NCBI GenBank assembly: GCA_038060895.1 | Contig: JBBTCT010000022.1 | Location: forward strand, 345,067-409,066 | Reading direction: 5' to 3' | Length of the DNA: 64,000 nucleotides | Source: Planctomycetota bacterium | GTDB lineage: Bacteria; Planctomycetota; MHYJ01; WSZJ01 | In this document: positions 20,287-30,500 of the stretch, piece by piece | Layout: each line of letters opens with the position of its first letter | Position numbering within the stretch: the stretch's first letter is position 1 | Position numbers and translations under genes: made by a program | Notes under the pieces: generated by a model | Database searches by the model: none | Told to the model about the DNA's origin: nothing | The model's input: the letters and a program-made list of their open reading frames with translations, nothing else

Positions 20287-21729
20287 TCACATCGCAGCGA
20301 GCACTGCTTTAAGCAGTCCATACACCCTTTCCACGCTCGCGATCTTCACGCGTTCATCCGGGGAATGCGCGCCGTGGATGTCCGGCCCGAACGAGATCGC
20401 GTCGAGCCCCGGCATCCGGTCCTTGAGCGTCCCGCACTCGAGCCCGGCGTGCACGCCGCGCACATCCGGCTCGTGCCCGAATGTTTTCGCGTACTGCTCC
20501 CGGACGAGTTTGAGAAGTGCACTGCCGGGGTCCGGCTTCCACCCCGGCGTCCGCGGCCCCTGCCTGCACGTCGCACCGGCCAGCTGCGCTATCGAGCGGT
20601 GCTGGCCCGCCATCTGCTCGAGGGACGAGTTGACGGAAGAGCGGCTGGTGCAGCAGATGCGCAGGGCACCGCGCGCAGTCGAAGCGACGGCAAGGTTGGT
20701 GCTCGACTCGACGAGGTCCTTGACGGTCTGGGACATGGCGAGGAGGCCGTGGGGGAGCGCCGCGAGAAGCGCGAGGGCGCGGGCTGAATCGGCCGCTCCC
20801 CATGCGTCCTTTGGAGACGCAGCGGCGAACCGGATCTCGAGGCCGTCGTCGATCCCGGCCACTTCTTCCGCGCGGATTCGCGCGATCGCCGCAGTCGCGG
20901 CCTTCTCAAGCGCCGCAAGTCCCTTCGCCGCGACAGCTACAACCGCCCGCGCCTCCCGCGGAATCGCGTTGCGCTTGTTCCCGCCCTCGACGTGCGCAAG
21001 CCGGAGCCCATCGCCCGCCGCGACGAGCGCCCTCGCGAGGATCCGGATCGCGTTGCCGCGATTCGTGTGAATCTCGAGCCCCGAGTGGCCTCCCTTGAGA
21101 CCGGTGACGAATACTTCGCGCGCCACCCAGCCCCTGGGAAGCGCCGACCGTGCCGCCTCGAGCGAGATCATCGACTCCTGCATTCCAGCGCAGCCGATGG
21201 TGAGCGAGGTGTCGTCTTCCGAGTCGAGGTTGATCATCCGCGTCCCCGTGAAAAATCCCGGCTCGACGTTCTGGGCGCCGGTGAGGCCGCGCTCCTCATC
21301 GACGGTGAGCAGGATTTCGATCGGCCCGTGCGCGACCGAGGGATCTTCCGCCGCCGCGATCGCCATGGAAACGCCGATGGCGTTGTCCGCGCCGAGGGTC
21401 GTGCCGTCGGCGACCACCCACTCGCCCTTCACCCGCGGAACGATCGGGTCCCTGGCGAAATTGTGATTCGACGACGCATTTTTCTCGCAGACCATGTCGA
21501 CGTGACCCTGCAATACGGTCACCGGCGTGCTCTCGCGGCCTTTGGCTGCAGGGACTGAGATCAACAGATTTCCGGTCTTGTCGCGCTTCGTTTTCTGCCC
21601 GCGCCCTTTCGCACGCTTTTCGAGCATGGACATGACCGCGGACTCGGCGCCGCTGGCGCGCGGAACGCGATCGATTTCGGCGAACAGCTTCCAGACGGCG
21701 GCGGGCTGAAGGGTGTCGTAAGTGCTCAT
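20287..21729 (-). CDS. pepD: Aminoacyl-histidine dipeptidase (M20C)
   Basis: QGHVDMVCEK, TTLGADN, TVDEE, NLDSE, GGHSG, HAGLECG, AHSPDE. Confidence 0.92.
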   Translation of the reverse strand: MSTYDTLQPAAVWKLFAEIDRVPRASGAESAVMSMLEKRAKGRGQKTKRDKTGNLLISVPAAKGRESTPVTVLQGHVDMVCEKNASSNHNFARDPIVPRVKGEWVVADGTTLGADNAIGVSMAIAAAEDPSVAHGPIEILLTVDEERGLTGAQNVEPGFFTGTRMINLDSEDDTSLTIGCAGMQESMISLEAARSALPRGWVAREVFVTGLKGGHSGLEIHTNRGNAIRILARALVAAGDGLRLAHVEGGNKRNAIPREARAVVAVAAKGLAALEKAATAAIARIRAEEVAGIDDGLEIRFAAASPKDAWGAADSARALALLAALPHGLLAMSQTVKDLVESSTNLAVASTARGALRICCTSRSSVNSSLEQMAGQHRSIAQLAGATCRQGPRTPGWKPDPGSALLKLVREQYAKTFGHEPDVRGVHAGLECGTLKDRMPGLDAISFGPDIHGAHSPDERVKIASVERVYGLLKAVLAAM

Positions 21730-21843
21730 CGAGGTGTGTTCCGTTTGAGGGGGCAGGGATGATAAATCCTCGGGGGAATCCGGTCACCTTTCGTGGGGAA
21801 GCGAGGGCAGGGCGGAATGTTGAGTAAATAAGTAAACTATAAC

Positions 21844-21872
21844 TTGACCCCGACTCTTTCTCCTCCTATGGT
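21844..21872 (+). promoter_or_regulatory. Sigma70-like promoter
   Basis: TTGACC-N17-TATGGT preceded by an AT-rich UP-like tract. Confidence 0.6.
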
Positions 21873-21882
21873 CTTCACCTTC

Positions 21883-21948
21883 ATGACGACGCGCATCCTC
21901 CATCGCATGTGTTGTCCCCGGGCCGCTGCCCGGGGCGCGCGCTCGTAG
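21883..21948 (+). CDS. Putative Cys-Cys leader peptide MTTRILHRMCCPRAAARGARS
   Basis: ATG about 10 nt after the -10 box; tandem TGT TGT codons directly followed by the hairpin ccccgggc-cgct-gcccgggg; upstream of a sulfonate-type ABC operon. Confidence 0.55.
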   Translation: MTTRILHRMCCPRAAARGARS

Positions 21949-22033
21949 CGTCTCTCCGGTCGCGGCCCTTCTCCTGCCTTCGCCGGACCGGAATCATGAC
22001 TCGCTGAATCAACATTAACGGAGACCCTCTTCC

Positions 22034-22123
22034 ATGATCACCCCCGTCATCCTTCTCGCCGTCGCCATCGTCTTTGCCGTCGCCGCCGGCCTCTGGGGCC
22101 GCCACGAGGAAGAGCAGATCTAG
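22034..22123 (+). CDS. 29-aa single-TM small protein MITPVILLAVAIVFAVAAGLWGRHEEEQI
   Basis: RBS ggag, GC3-rich codons, stop 5 nt before the ATPase ATG. Confidence 0.6.
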   Translation: MITPVILLAVAIVFAVAAGLWGRHEEEQI

Positions 22124-22128
22124 CCCCG

Positions 22129-22950
22129 ATGAATCTCGCCCTCGACACGCCTCCGGTCGCAATCCCGAAAGCCGAAATCTTCCGGCTCGCGCTGGCCGGG
22201 GTGTCGAAATCGTACGGCTCTCTCACCGCGGTGAAGGACGTGTCGCTCTCAATCCGCCGCGGCGAGTTCCTGTCGCTCCTCGGGCCGAGCGGGTGTGGCA
22301 AGACGACAATCCTCCAGCTTCTCGCAGGATTCGAGAAACCAGACTCCGGGCGCGTGCTGATGGATGGCCACCCGATCTCAGGCGCCGGGCCCGATCGTCT
22401 CGTCATTTTCCAGGAACCGGCGCTCCTTCCATGGCTGACCGTCGCCGAGAACATCGGCTTCGGACTGCCGAAACACCCTCGTCCGCTGCACGACGAAACA
22501 GTCGGGCTTCTCCTGCGACTCGTGCACCTCGACCGGTTCGGGCACCTCCGGCCTCACCAGCTCTCCGGTGGCATGAAGCAACGCGCCGCCCTTGCCCGCG
22601 CACTCGCAGTCGATCCCCAGGTGCTCCTGATGGACGAACCCTTCGCTTCTCTCGACCCGCAGACGCGCGAACTTCTTCATCTTGACCTCCAGCGCCTCTG
22701 GCTCGGGTTGCACAAGACCGTCGTGTTCGTGACTCACAGCGTCGAGGAAGCGGTCCGGCTCTCCGATCGCATCGCCATCATGGCGACTCAGCCGGGGCGT
22801 ATCCGCCGCGTCCTGGACGTCAATCTGCTGCACCCGCGCGATTTCAATTCGCCCGAAGTTGCCGAGCTGCGTGCGGCCATCCGGGAAGAGATGCAGGACG
22901 AGATGACGAAGCTGGCGCGCCGCGAAGGGGACGAAGGGTGGCGTCCGTGA
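22129..22950 (+). CDS. Nitrate/sulfonate/taurine-type ABC ATPase (SsuB/TauB-like)
   Basis: GPSGCGKT, FQEPALLPWLTV, LSGGMKQR, MDEPF, VTHSVEEA. Confidence 0.92.
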   Translation: MNLALDTPPVAIPKAEIFRLALAGVSKSYGSLTAVKDVSLSIRRGEFLSLLGPSGCGKTTILQLLAGFEKPDSGRVLMDGHPISGAGPDRLVIFQEPALLPWLTVAENIGFGLPKHPRPLHDETVGLLLRLVHLDRFGHLRPHQLSGGMKQRAALARALAVDPQVLLMDEPFASLDPQTRELLHLDLQRLWLGLHKTVVFVTHSVEEAVRLSDRIAIMATQPGRIRRVLDVNLLHPRDFNSPEVAELRAAIREEMQDEMTKLARREGDEGWRP

Positions 22951-23690
22951 AACCAGAACATCTCCCGTTGTTTTTCGCGTCCGCCGCGGCCTGCCTCGTG
23001 GTTCCCGCCTCCGTCGAGGCCGCCTCCCCTTCGCCATCGGGGATCGCCCTCAACCTCGCGCACGGCTTCGCTTCCGGAGACTACTTCCTCGCCCTCGGCG
23101 CATCGGCGCTTCGCATCGCCGCCGGCTTTGCGATCGCAGCGATACTCGGCGGCGCTCTCGGAATTCTTCAGGCCGTGGTGGTCCCCGTCCGCCGCATCTG
23201 CGGTCCCCTCACCACAGGAGTCCAGGCCCTCCCGGCCGTCTGCTGGCTCCCCGTCGCGCTCCTCTGGTTCGGCCGCGGAGAGGCCGCCGTCCTCTTCTGC
23301 GTCGTCGTCGGCTCTCTTTTCGCCGTCGCCCTCGGCGTCCGCGACGGCCTCGCCCAGGTCCCGCCCCTCCTGCGCCGCGTCGGCCAGACCTTCGGCCTCT
23401 CCCGCTGGCACCAGGTCACCCGCATCACCATTCCCGCTGCACTCCCTGCCATCCTCGCCGGCCTCAAGCAGGGCTGGTCCTTCGGCTGGCGCGCCCTCAT
23501 GGCCGGCGAATTGATCTGCGCCACGGCAGGCTTGGGCCGATCGCTCACGGCCGGAAGAGAAGCCGGCGACTCCAACCAGGTGTTCGCCGTGATGCTTCTC
23601 ATCCTCTTCCTCGGCGTCGCCGTCGATCGCTTCGGGTTCGGGCTGATTGAGAAGCGGGTGCTGGCCAAGCGGGGGCTGGCGTCCGCCTGA
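22947..23690 (+). CDS. SsuC/TauC-like ABC permease
   Basis: GTGA overlap with the ATPase; 'QALPAVCWLP', 'PAALPAILAGLKQGWSFGWRALMAGE'. Confidence 0.88.
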   Translation: MKPEHLPLFFASAAACLVVPASVEAASPSPSGIALNLAHGFASGDYFLALGASALRIAAGFAIAAILGGALGILQAVVVPVRRICGPLTTGVQALPAVCWLPVALLWFGRGEAAVLFCVVVGSLFAVALGVRDGLAQVPPLLRRVGQTFGLSRWHQVTRITIPAALPAILAGLKQGWSFGWRALMAGELICATAGLGRSLTAGREAGDSNQVFAVMLLILFLGVAVDRFGFGLIEKRVLAKRGLASA

Positions 23691-23793
23691 AGCGTCACCC
23701 GAGGAGGCCAGGGGGGACTTTGTGCCCAAACGATGCGACCCACCACCGTTGTTCCTGATACTCTCTGATCTTCAAATTATCAGGAGACTCCTC

Positions 23794-24723
23794 ATGCCCC
23801 GCCCCCTGCTCGCTGCCATTTTCTTTCTCTTCGCCCCGGCCTTTGCCCTCGCCGGCGAGCCGTCCCAGGACGAGCTCAAAAAGAAGAAAGAGGAGGTCCT
23901 CAAGGATCCTTTCCTCAAGAAAGCGCCCTGGACGCTCGACTACGACAAGGCGCTGGCCGAGGCCGTGAAGACGGGGAAGCCGGTCTTCGCGTACTTCACC
24001 CGATCGTTCGCCCCCTGACCCTTCTGCAAACAGGTTGAAGGCGGCGCCTTCAGCGACAAGGGGTTCCCGGCGTTTGCGGCGAAGGTCGTGCTGTTCTGCC
24101 ACGTCACTTCGCACATCGAGAACGAGCCCAACGACAAGCTGTTCGAGCAGAAGGGCGGCGGCGGGTACCCGACGATCATGATGCTGGACGAGAAGGGCGA
24201 CATGATCGGAAAGCACTCCGGCGAAAGATCGGTCGCAGAGTTCGAGAAGACGGTCGGTAAGGCCGTCAGGTACCTCGACCTGCGGAAGAAGGCCGAGTCG
24301 GGTGACAAGGCGGCCGGAATCGACCTGGCGATCGCGAAGCTGGAGCTCGGGTCGCTCACTGCGGACGCGGCGCAGAAGCAGATCGCCGAGCTGGGCACGC
24401 CGACACCGGAGCAGCAGGCGCAGCTCGACGCCGTACTCTTGAACCAGGAGGTCATGGCGATCTCCAAGTCCGCGGGCCAGGACCGCGCTTCCGCAGGCAA
24501 GAAGTTCAGCGAGATGAAAACGGCGGGGAAAATCCCGACGGGCGCGACGGAGTACCTCACGTTCTGGGACAACATCACTGTCTACGCCGAGGCGCAGAAC
24601 GACGTGACGATGTTCGAGGAGGCGCTGGCAAAAGTCCGCGAAAAGATCGGTCAGAATCCCAGCAAGAAGAAGTACTTCGAAACGAAGGAAGCGGCGCTGA
24701 AGAAGATGAAGTCGAAGAAATAG
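23794..24723 (+). CDS. Exported thioredoxin-fold selenoprotein (U75-P-F-C78) with helical C-terminus
   Basis: RBS caggag, signal peptide, WTLDYDKALAEAVKTGKPVFAYF; TGA at 24016-24018 is in frame with PFCKQVE... and ORF 24088..24723; cis-Pro motif GYPT; downstream hairpin. Confidence 0.8.
24019..24063 (+). promoter_or_regulatory. Bacterial SECIS-like hairpin
   Basis: gttgaaggc-GGC-gccttcagc (24034-24054); the loop starts with G, 24 nt after the UGA; lower stem ccctt/aaggg. Confidence 0.7.
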
Positions 24724-24738
24724 CAGGGTCCGGAGGCG

Positions 24739-27420
24739 CTATTTCGGCGCGAACTTCTCGACCAGCGCCGCCCAGCGGGGATCCAGGCGAAGCGGAGCCA
24801 GCTCCGAGTCGCCGGTCCACGAGCCGTCGCGGCTGACGCCGGCCTCGAGCCCGTTCTCGAGCGTGCGGAAGGCCTCGTCGGTTTTTCGCTGGCCGGCGAG
24901 GGCTCCCGCGAGCCGCAGCGTCGTCATCTGCTGGAACAGGATTCGACTGGGCATCAGGAGCTTCCCGCCTTCGGGATCGGAGGCGTCGTCGATTCTGCGC
25001 AGAACCTCCCGGTAGCCCTTCTCGGCATCAGCCCACCGCGCTTCGTCAGAAGCAGCGAAGGCGGCGGCGAGGCTGTCGCGGATGCCAGGGGTCATCGCTG
25101 CGAACTTGCGCGTCATATCGACGCCTTGCGCCATCTCGACAAGGTTGTTGGTGCGCTCGACGGGAAGCGCCTCGAATTGCTTCCGGGCGGCGCGCCGGTG
25201 CGCCGCGAACGCGGCGTCGTCTCCCGCTGCCAGGTCGAACGCCATCGCGAGGTACCAGCCCGCGCCCATTTCGGGCTCATCCCTCAGGATCCGCTCGAGG
25301 TCGTCGCGCGATTCCTTCACCGGGCGCGGCGTCCCACCGAGCACGAGGTCCTGGTAGTCCAGCGCCGCGCGGACGAGCCTGGCCCGTGTATTCCCGGGCT
25401 CGATGACCAGCACGCGCTCGACGTCCTTCAACATGCGGCTCCGGTGACGCCCCGTGCCGACGGAGGACAGGAAGACCACCATCAGCCGCTCCAGGATGGT
25501 GCGCGGCTCGTCGGGCGCGATCGAGACCGCTTCGTCCAGGTCCTCCAGCGCTTCTTTTTCGCGACCCAGCCGCAGGCGGATCTGCGCCCGCGCCATCCAG
25601 GCTTCGCGGAAATTGGGCTCCTGCTCGACGGCGATCGAAGCGTCGCTTTCCGCGCCCGCCAGGTTACGGCGCGTGGCCGCGTCGGGGCGCTCCACGCGAT
25701 TTCCCAGGCGGTACAGGGCGCGCGCGAGGAAGGCATCCGCGAACGTCGGGTCCATCGCGAGCGCTTCGGCCAGGGCGGGAAGCGGGTCGAACCCGGGCTC
25801 GAATGCGAGGCGGACCAGGGCTTCGGCGGTCAGCATGCGCGGCCGGAGGACGCCGAGATTCCGGAGTTCCGCGATGTCGGCATCGAGGAGCCTGCGCTCC
25901 TCTGCGCAGATCATCGCGAGATCCTGTGGCAGCACCACGAAGGTTCCTTCGATCGTCCGGTCCTGAACGAACATCATGCGCAGCAGGATGCGGTCGTAAC
26001 GGGCGTCTCCCAGCGCCGGGTTCAGCTCGAGCGCGCGGTCGAGGTCGGCCATCGCCTGCGGCAGGCGGTTCAGGTCGCGCAGGACGCGCGCGCGGGCGTG
26101 AAGAGCATCCGCGTGGTCCGGGAAGATCGCGAGGGCCTTGTCGAAGTTCGCGGCGGCGCTTCGCAGGATCCCCTGCCGGAGGGGCCGGTCCTCCTTGCGG
26201 CGGATCTTCCGGGCCGCTTCGTAGTCCGCGACCCCGGCGCTGAAGTCCGGCCGGGCCGCGTTGAGAAGCTCGAGGCGGTCCTGCCGGACCCCGCGTGTTC
26301 TCAGTTGCCAGGCCAGGGTCGCGGCGAGCACGAGGGCCAATGCCCCGGTCGCCGAGAGGGCCGGCCGCCGCCGGGCCCATCGCCAGGATCGCGAGAGCAC
26401 CCCCTCCCGCCGCGCGGCGACCGGTGCGCCTTCGAGGAAGCGGTCGAGGTCCTCCGCCATCGCCGTCGCGGACGCGTAACGTTTCGACTTCTGCTTCGCC
26501 ATCGCGGTCAGGCAGATCGTCTCGAGGTCCCTGGGTACGTGCGCCACGACGCGCGAGGGGGGCGACGGCTCGCGATCCTCCACGGCGCGCAGCACCGCGG
26601 CCATCGTCTCGCCCTCGAACGGCCGCTTCTTCGTCAGCACCTCGTAGAGCACCGCTCCGAGCGAGTACACGTCGCTCTGCCCGTCCACGGACCGCATTCC
26701 CGACACCTGCTCCGGCGGCATGTAGCACGCGGTCCCCATGACCTGGTCGGTCCGCGTCAGCCCCCCGTCCTCGTCCCCCGTCTTCGCGAGGCCGAAATCG
26801 GTCAGCCGAGCCGCCCCCGCGCCGTCCACCAGGACGTTCGCGGGCTTGATGTCCCGGTGCACGATTCCCTGCGCGTGCGCGACCGCCAGCGCCCGCGCCA
26901 CGTCCCGCACCATCCGCGCCGCATCCTGCGGCGCAACTCCCGGGTCGCGAAGCTGGCGGTCCAGCGCGCGCCCTTCGACGAATTCCATCGCGATGTAGTG
27001 CGCGCTCCCCTCGGCCCCGACGTCGTACACGCGGACGATCCCGGGATGATCCAGCTTCGCCGCGGCGCGCGCTTCGCGATCAAATCGCGCCAGCGTCTCC
27101 CTCGACGCATGCTCGCCCGCGATCATCACCTTCAGCGCGACAATCCGGTCGAGCGCCGTGTCGCGCGCCCGGTAGACAATCCCCATCCCGCCCGCGCCGG
27201 CCGCGGCGAGGATGTCGTAGCGCCCGATCCGCTTCGGTTGCGCGGGGACCACTCCGGGCGCAGCCGGCGGAGGCATCACCACCGTCGGGTCCGACCCCGA
27301 AGCCGCCGGAATCGCGACCGTCAGCGCGGCTTCCTCCGGCGACTTCCCGCACGCGGGACAGCGGGCAGACTCTTGCTGTCCTTCGAAGCGGTGCCCGCAG
27401 CCGGGACAGGTGACGTTCAA
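24739..27420 (-). CDS. Hanks-type Ser/Thr kinase with N-terminal zinc ribbon, TM segment and TPRs
   Basis: CPGC/CPAC; GAGGMGIVY, VALK, HRDIKPAN, DFG, MPPEQ. Confidence 0.93.
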   Translation of the reverse strand: MNVTCPGCGHRFEGQQESARCPACGKSPEEAALTVAIPAASGSDPTVVMPPPAAPGVVPAQPKRIGRYDILAAAGAGGMGIVYRARDTALDRIVALKVMIAGEHASRETLARFDREARAAAKLDHPGIVRVYDVGAEGSAHYIAMEFVEGRALDRQLRDPGVAPQDAARMVRDVARALAVAHAQGIVHRDIKPANVLVDGAGAARLTDFGLAKTGDEDGGLTRTDQVMGTACYMPPEQVSGMRSVDGQSDVYSLGAVLYEVLTKKRPFEGETMAAVLRAVEDREPSPPSRVVAHVPRDLETICLTAMAKQKSKRYASATAMAEDLDRFLEGAPVAARREGVLSRSWRWARRRPALSATGALALVLAATLAWQLRTRGVRQDRLELLNAARPDFSAGVADYEAARKIRRKEDRPLRQGILRSAAANFDKALAIFPDHADALHARARVLRDLNRLPQAMADLDRALELNPALGDARYDRILLRMMFVQDRTIEGTFVVLPQDLAMICAEERRLLDADIAELRNLGVLRPRMLTAEALVRLAFEPGFDPLPALAEALAMDPTFADAFLARALYRLGNRVERPDAATRRNLAGAESDASIAVEQEPNFREAWMARAQIRLRLGREKEALEDLDEAVSIAPDEPRTILERLMVVFLSSVGTGRHRSRMLKDVERVLVIEPGNTRARLVRAALDYQDLVLGGTPRPVKESRDDLERILRDEPEMGAGWYLAMAFDLAAGDDAAFAAHRRAARKQFEALPVERTNNLVEMAQGVDMTRKFAAMTPGIRDSLAAAFAASDEARWADAEKGYREVLRRIDDASDPEGGKLLMPSRILFQQMTTLRLAGALAGQRKTDEAFRTLENGLEAGVSRDGSWTGDSELAPLRLDPRWAALVEKFAPK

Positions 27421-27507
27421 GGCAACGACGATAGCGGGGAAGGGACGTCGAAGGAAGGCGCGCGCTTCTGCCTCGATCGCGACCGCTTCTCCGGAGCGGC
27501 GGCCAGG

Positions 27508-30500
27508 TCAGGGCTCTCGAAGCGCTCTCTCGGCATTTTCGATGTCTTCCGCCGACTCGGACTGCCGGGCGATTCTCAGCGCTTCATGGAAGTCGCCGAG
27601 CGCTTCGTCGGCCAGGCCGAGCGTCTTGCGGATGCGGCCGCGCTCCAGGAGTGCGCGAGATTCGCGCGGTCCCGCGCCGGTCGCCCGGGCCAGCGCGAGG
27701 GATTCCTCGATCGCGGCGAGCGCGCGTTGGGGTTCGCCCCGGCGACACAGGATCCGTGCGAGGTTGGCGAGCGAAGAGGAAAGCCCGCGGCATTCGCTGG
27801 TTTCGCGCCGGATCGATATGGATTCCTCGCTGTCGGCCAATGCGCCGGAAAGATCGCCGAGTTCTCCGCGCGCCCATGCCAGGTTGTTCAGCAGGGCCGC
27901 CGTCGCAGGGCGGTCGCCGGATTTGCGGGCGAGCGCCAGTCCTTCCTCGTACCACCCGAGCGACGGGCCGGTGCGCCCCCGCTGCCCCTCGAGATTCCCC
28001 AGGTTCCCCAGGCACGCCGCGACCCCCGCCTGGTCGCCGATTTCGCGCCGAAGCGCGAGCGCCTGGCGGAAAGGTCCCTCTGCCGCGTCCAGTTCGCCCC
28101 GGGCCCGGTGGATGTTCCCGACGTTGTTGAGTCCGGAGGCGATGCCGGCGCGGTCACCGGTGCGGCGGTCGATCTCCAGGGAAGCGCGATAAGCAGCGAG
28201 GGCTTCGTCCGCCCGGCCGAGGGCGCGCAGAGCGTTCCCCATGTTGTTGAACGCGGCCGCCTCGCACGCCAGGTCGGCTCCGCCCCGCGCTTCGACCAGG
28301 GCCTTACGGCATGCGTCCAGGCTTTCCCCGACGGCGCCGCGGTGCACGTGAACGTTGGAAAGCGCGACGTAGAGCGACGCCGCGAGCCGGCGGCCGGCGC
28401 GCGAGGCCGCGAATTCAGGCTCTGCCGCCAGCATCTCCTGCCCGCGACCGGTTTCGCGAAGGCTGCCTTCCCAGTCGCCCAACCGCATCAGCGCGCCGGC
28501 AAGGGCGATCTGCGCGACGACGCGCCAGCGGCCTTCCGGCGCTGCCTGCGCCAGCTGCCGCGCCCCGTCCGCCGCCTCACGGTACTGCCCCAGAGCGCCG
28601 CGGACACGCGCGGCAATGTTGAGCGCCTGCGCCCGCTGGTCCGGCGGCAGGGTCGACGGGTCACCGGCGCGCTCCGCCTCGACAAGAGCCTCCGCGGGCC
28701 TGGCGAGGGACAGCAGGGCTTCGGCCGTCGCGAGGACGGAGGCGGGGCGTGGGCCGGCGGCTCGCGTCGCTTCGCGTGCGTGGGCCAGCGCTTCGGCGGG
28801 AGCGCCATCCCCGATCGCCTCCACCGAGGCTTCCTCCCACAGCCCCGCGGCGGCCGTGGCGTCCCCCGAATTTTCGCGATGCCCGGCGGCCAGGACGCGG
28901 ATCGCGCGGCCGCCGCTTCGCGCCAGCAGGCGGTCCGCCGCCACGGCGTGGAGGCGCGCGCGGTCCTTTTTCGGGAGAAGCGAGTAAGCTGCGTCCCGGA
29001 GGAGCGCGTGGCGGAAGAGGTACTGGGCTTCGCCCGGGAGGAGGGAGTGCCTCTGGGCGCCGATCATGTCCCGGCGCGAGGCTTCGCGGATTGAGCCAGC
29101 GGGGTCCCTCGCGAGAAGTTCGCCGAGCAGCCCCGGCCAGAAGGCGCGACCGAGCACGCTCGCCGCCTTCATCGCTTCACGCGACTCCGCCGGCATTGCA
29201 TCCAGCCGTGCCACGAGAAGTCCGCGGAGGCCGGCCGGGATCTTCCCGGCCGGGCCGGAGAGGTCCAGCGGCACTCCCGCGACGAGGCGTTCGTCCTTGA
29301 GAAATCGGGCGAGTTCTTCGACGTAGAAGGGGTTGCCGCCGGATTGCGCGACGAGGAAATCGCGCAGCGCGGGGGAGAGCGGGGCGCCGAGGGTGTTTGC
29401 GGCGAGGCGGAGGGCGGCTTCGGGGACGAGGTCGGCGAGGTCGAGGCGTTCGAAACCGGCGGGAAGGCGGGCGCCCGGGCGGGCCGTGGCGACGACCATG
29501 AAGGGGCTGCCGGAAGCGGCGCGGGGAAGAGATTCCAGGAGGGCGAGGGCGGCGTCGTCGGCCCACTGGAGATCTTCGAGGCAGAGAAGCGCAGGCCCGC
29601 GCGAGGTCGCCCAAACGGCCCAGGCGTGGTGGGTTTCGTCGATGAGGCGCGCCGGGTCGATCGCGCGCACTCGTGCGTCGGGAACGGCCACGCCGATCGA
29701 AAGCGAGATCAGGTGGGCGAAGTTCTCGCGATCGACCGGGTCGGGCACGGCGTCCGCCATGGATTCGGCAAGCGCCAGGACGATCGGCCCCGTGGTCTCT
29801 GCGCGGGCCATTTCCGCGAAGGGCGCCATCGGCAACCGCGCTTCTTCAAGCGCCCTGCCCGTCGCGACGCGGGCGCCGCCCTGCCGGCGAATTGCGACCC
29901 GGAAGTCGGCGACGAGCCGCGTCTTGCCGACTCCCGCTTCACCCACGACCACGACGAACGCGCCCCTGCCCGACTCCCACGCGGCTTGAAGCCGCGCGCG
30001 CTCGATGTCCCTTCCCACCAGCGGCGTCTCGCGCCCCGGGCCGTGCCGGATCGACGTTTCACCCCCCAGGGGGCCCTCGGCTGCAAACGCCCGGACTTGC
30101 TCTTCGCGGCCTTTGACCCGCATGGGCTCGAGCGACCGGAAGCGAATGACGCGGTGCGTCAATCGCTCGACCGCCGCCTCGACGAGCACTTCCCCCGCCG
30201 CGGCGGCTTCCTCGAGTCTCCGCGCGACGTTCACGACGTCACCCATCGCCGTGGGAGGCTCGCCGGCGACCTGGCCCCACAGAATCTCTCCGAAGTTCAC
30301 ACCGATGCGAAGCGGCGTCGCGCCGGATTCTTCCCGCATCGCGAGGGCGGCGCGAACGGCGCGAAGCGCGTCGTCCTCGTGCGCGACGGGCGCGCCAAAA
30401 ACGGCCATGACCGTCTCGCCGATGAACTTGTCAATCGTCCCGCCGCGGGACTCCACAGCGCCGCGGAGGCGGGTGTAAGCGGCGTCGAGCCAGTCGCGCA

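Noticed and set aside
23647-24723. Two separate genes or a nonsense pseudogene
   Set aside because: The stop is TGA at the exact redox-Cys position with a SECIS-like hairpin, so it is better read as one selenoprotein gene.
25126-29094. 1322-aa plus-strand ORF and many other long R/A/G/P-rich ORFs
   Set aside because: Antisense or alternate-frame shadows of clear genes, as expected in high-GC DNA; no recognisable motifs.
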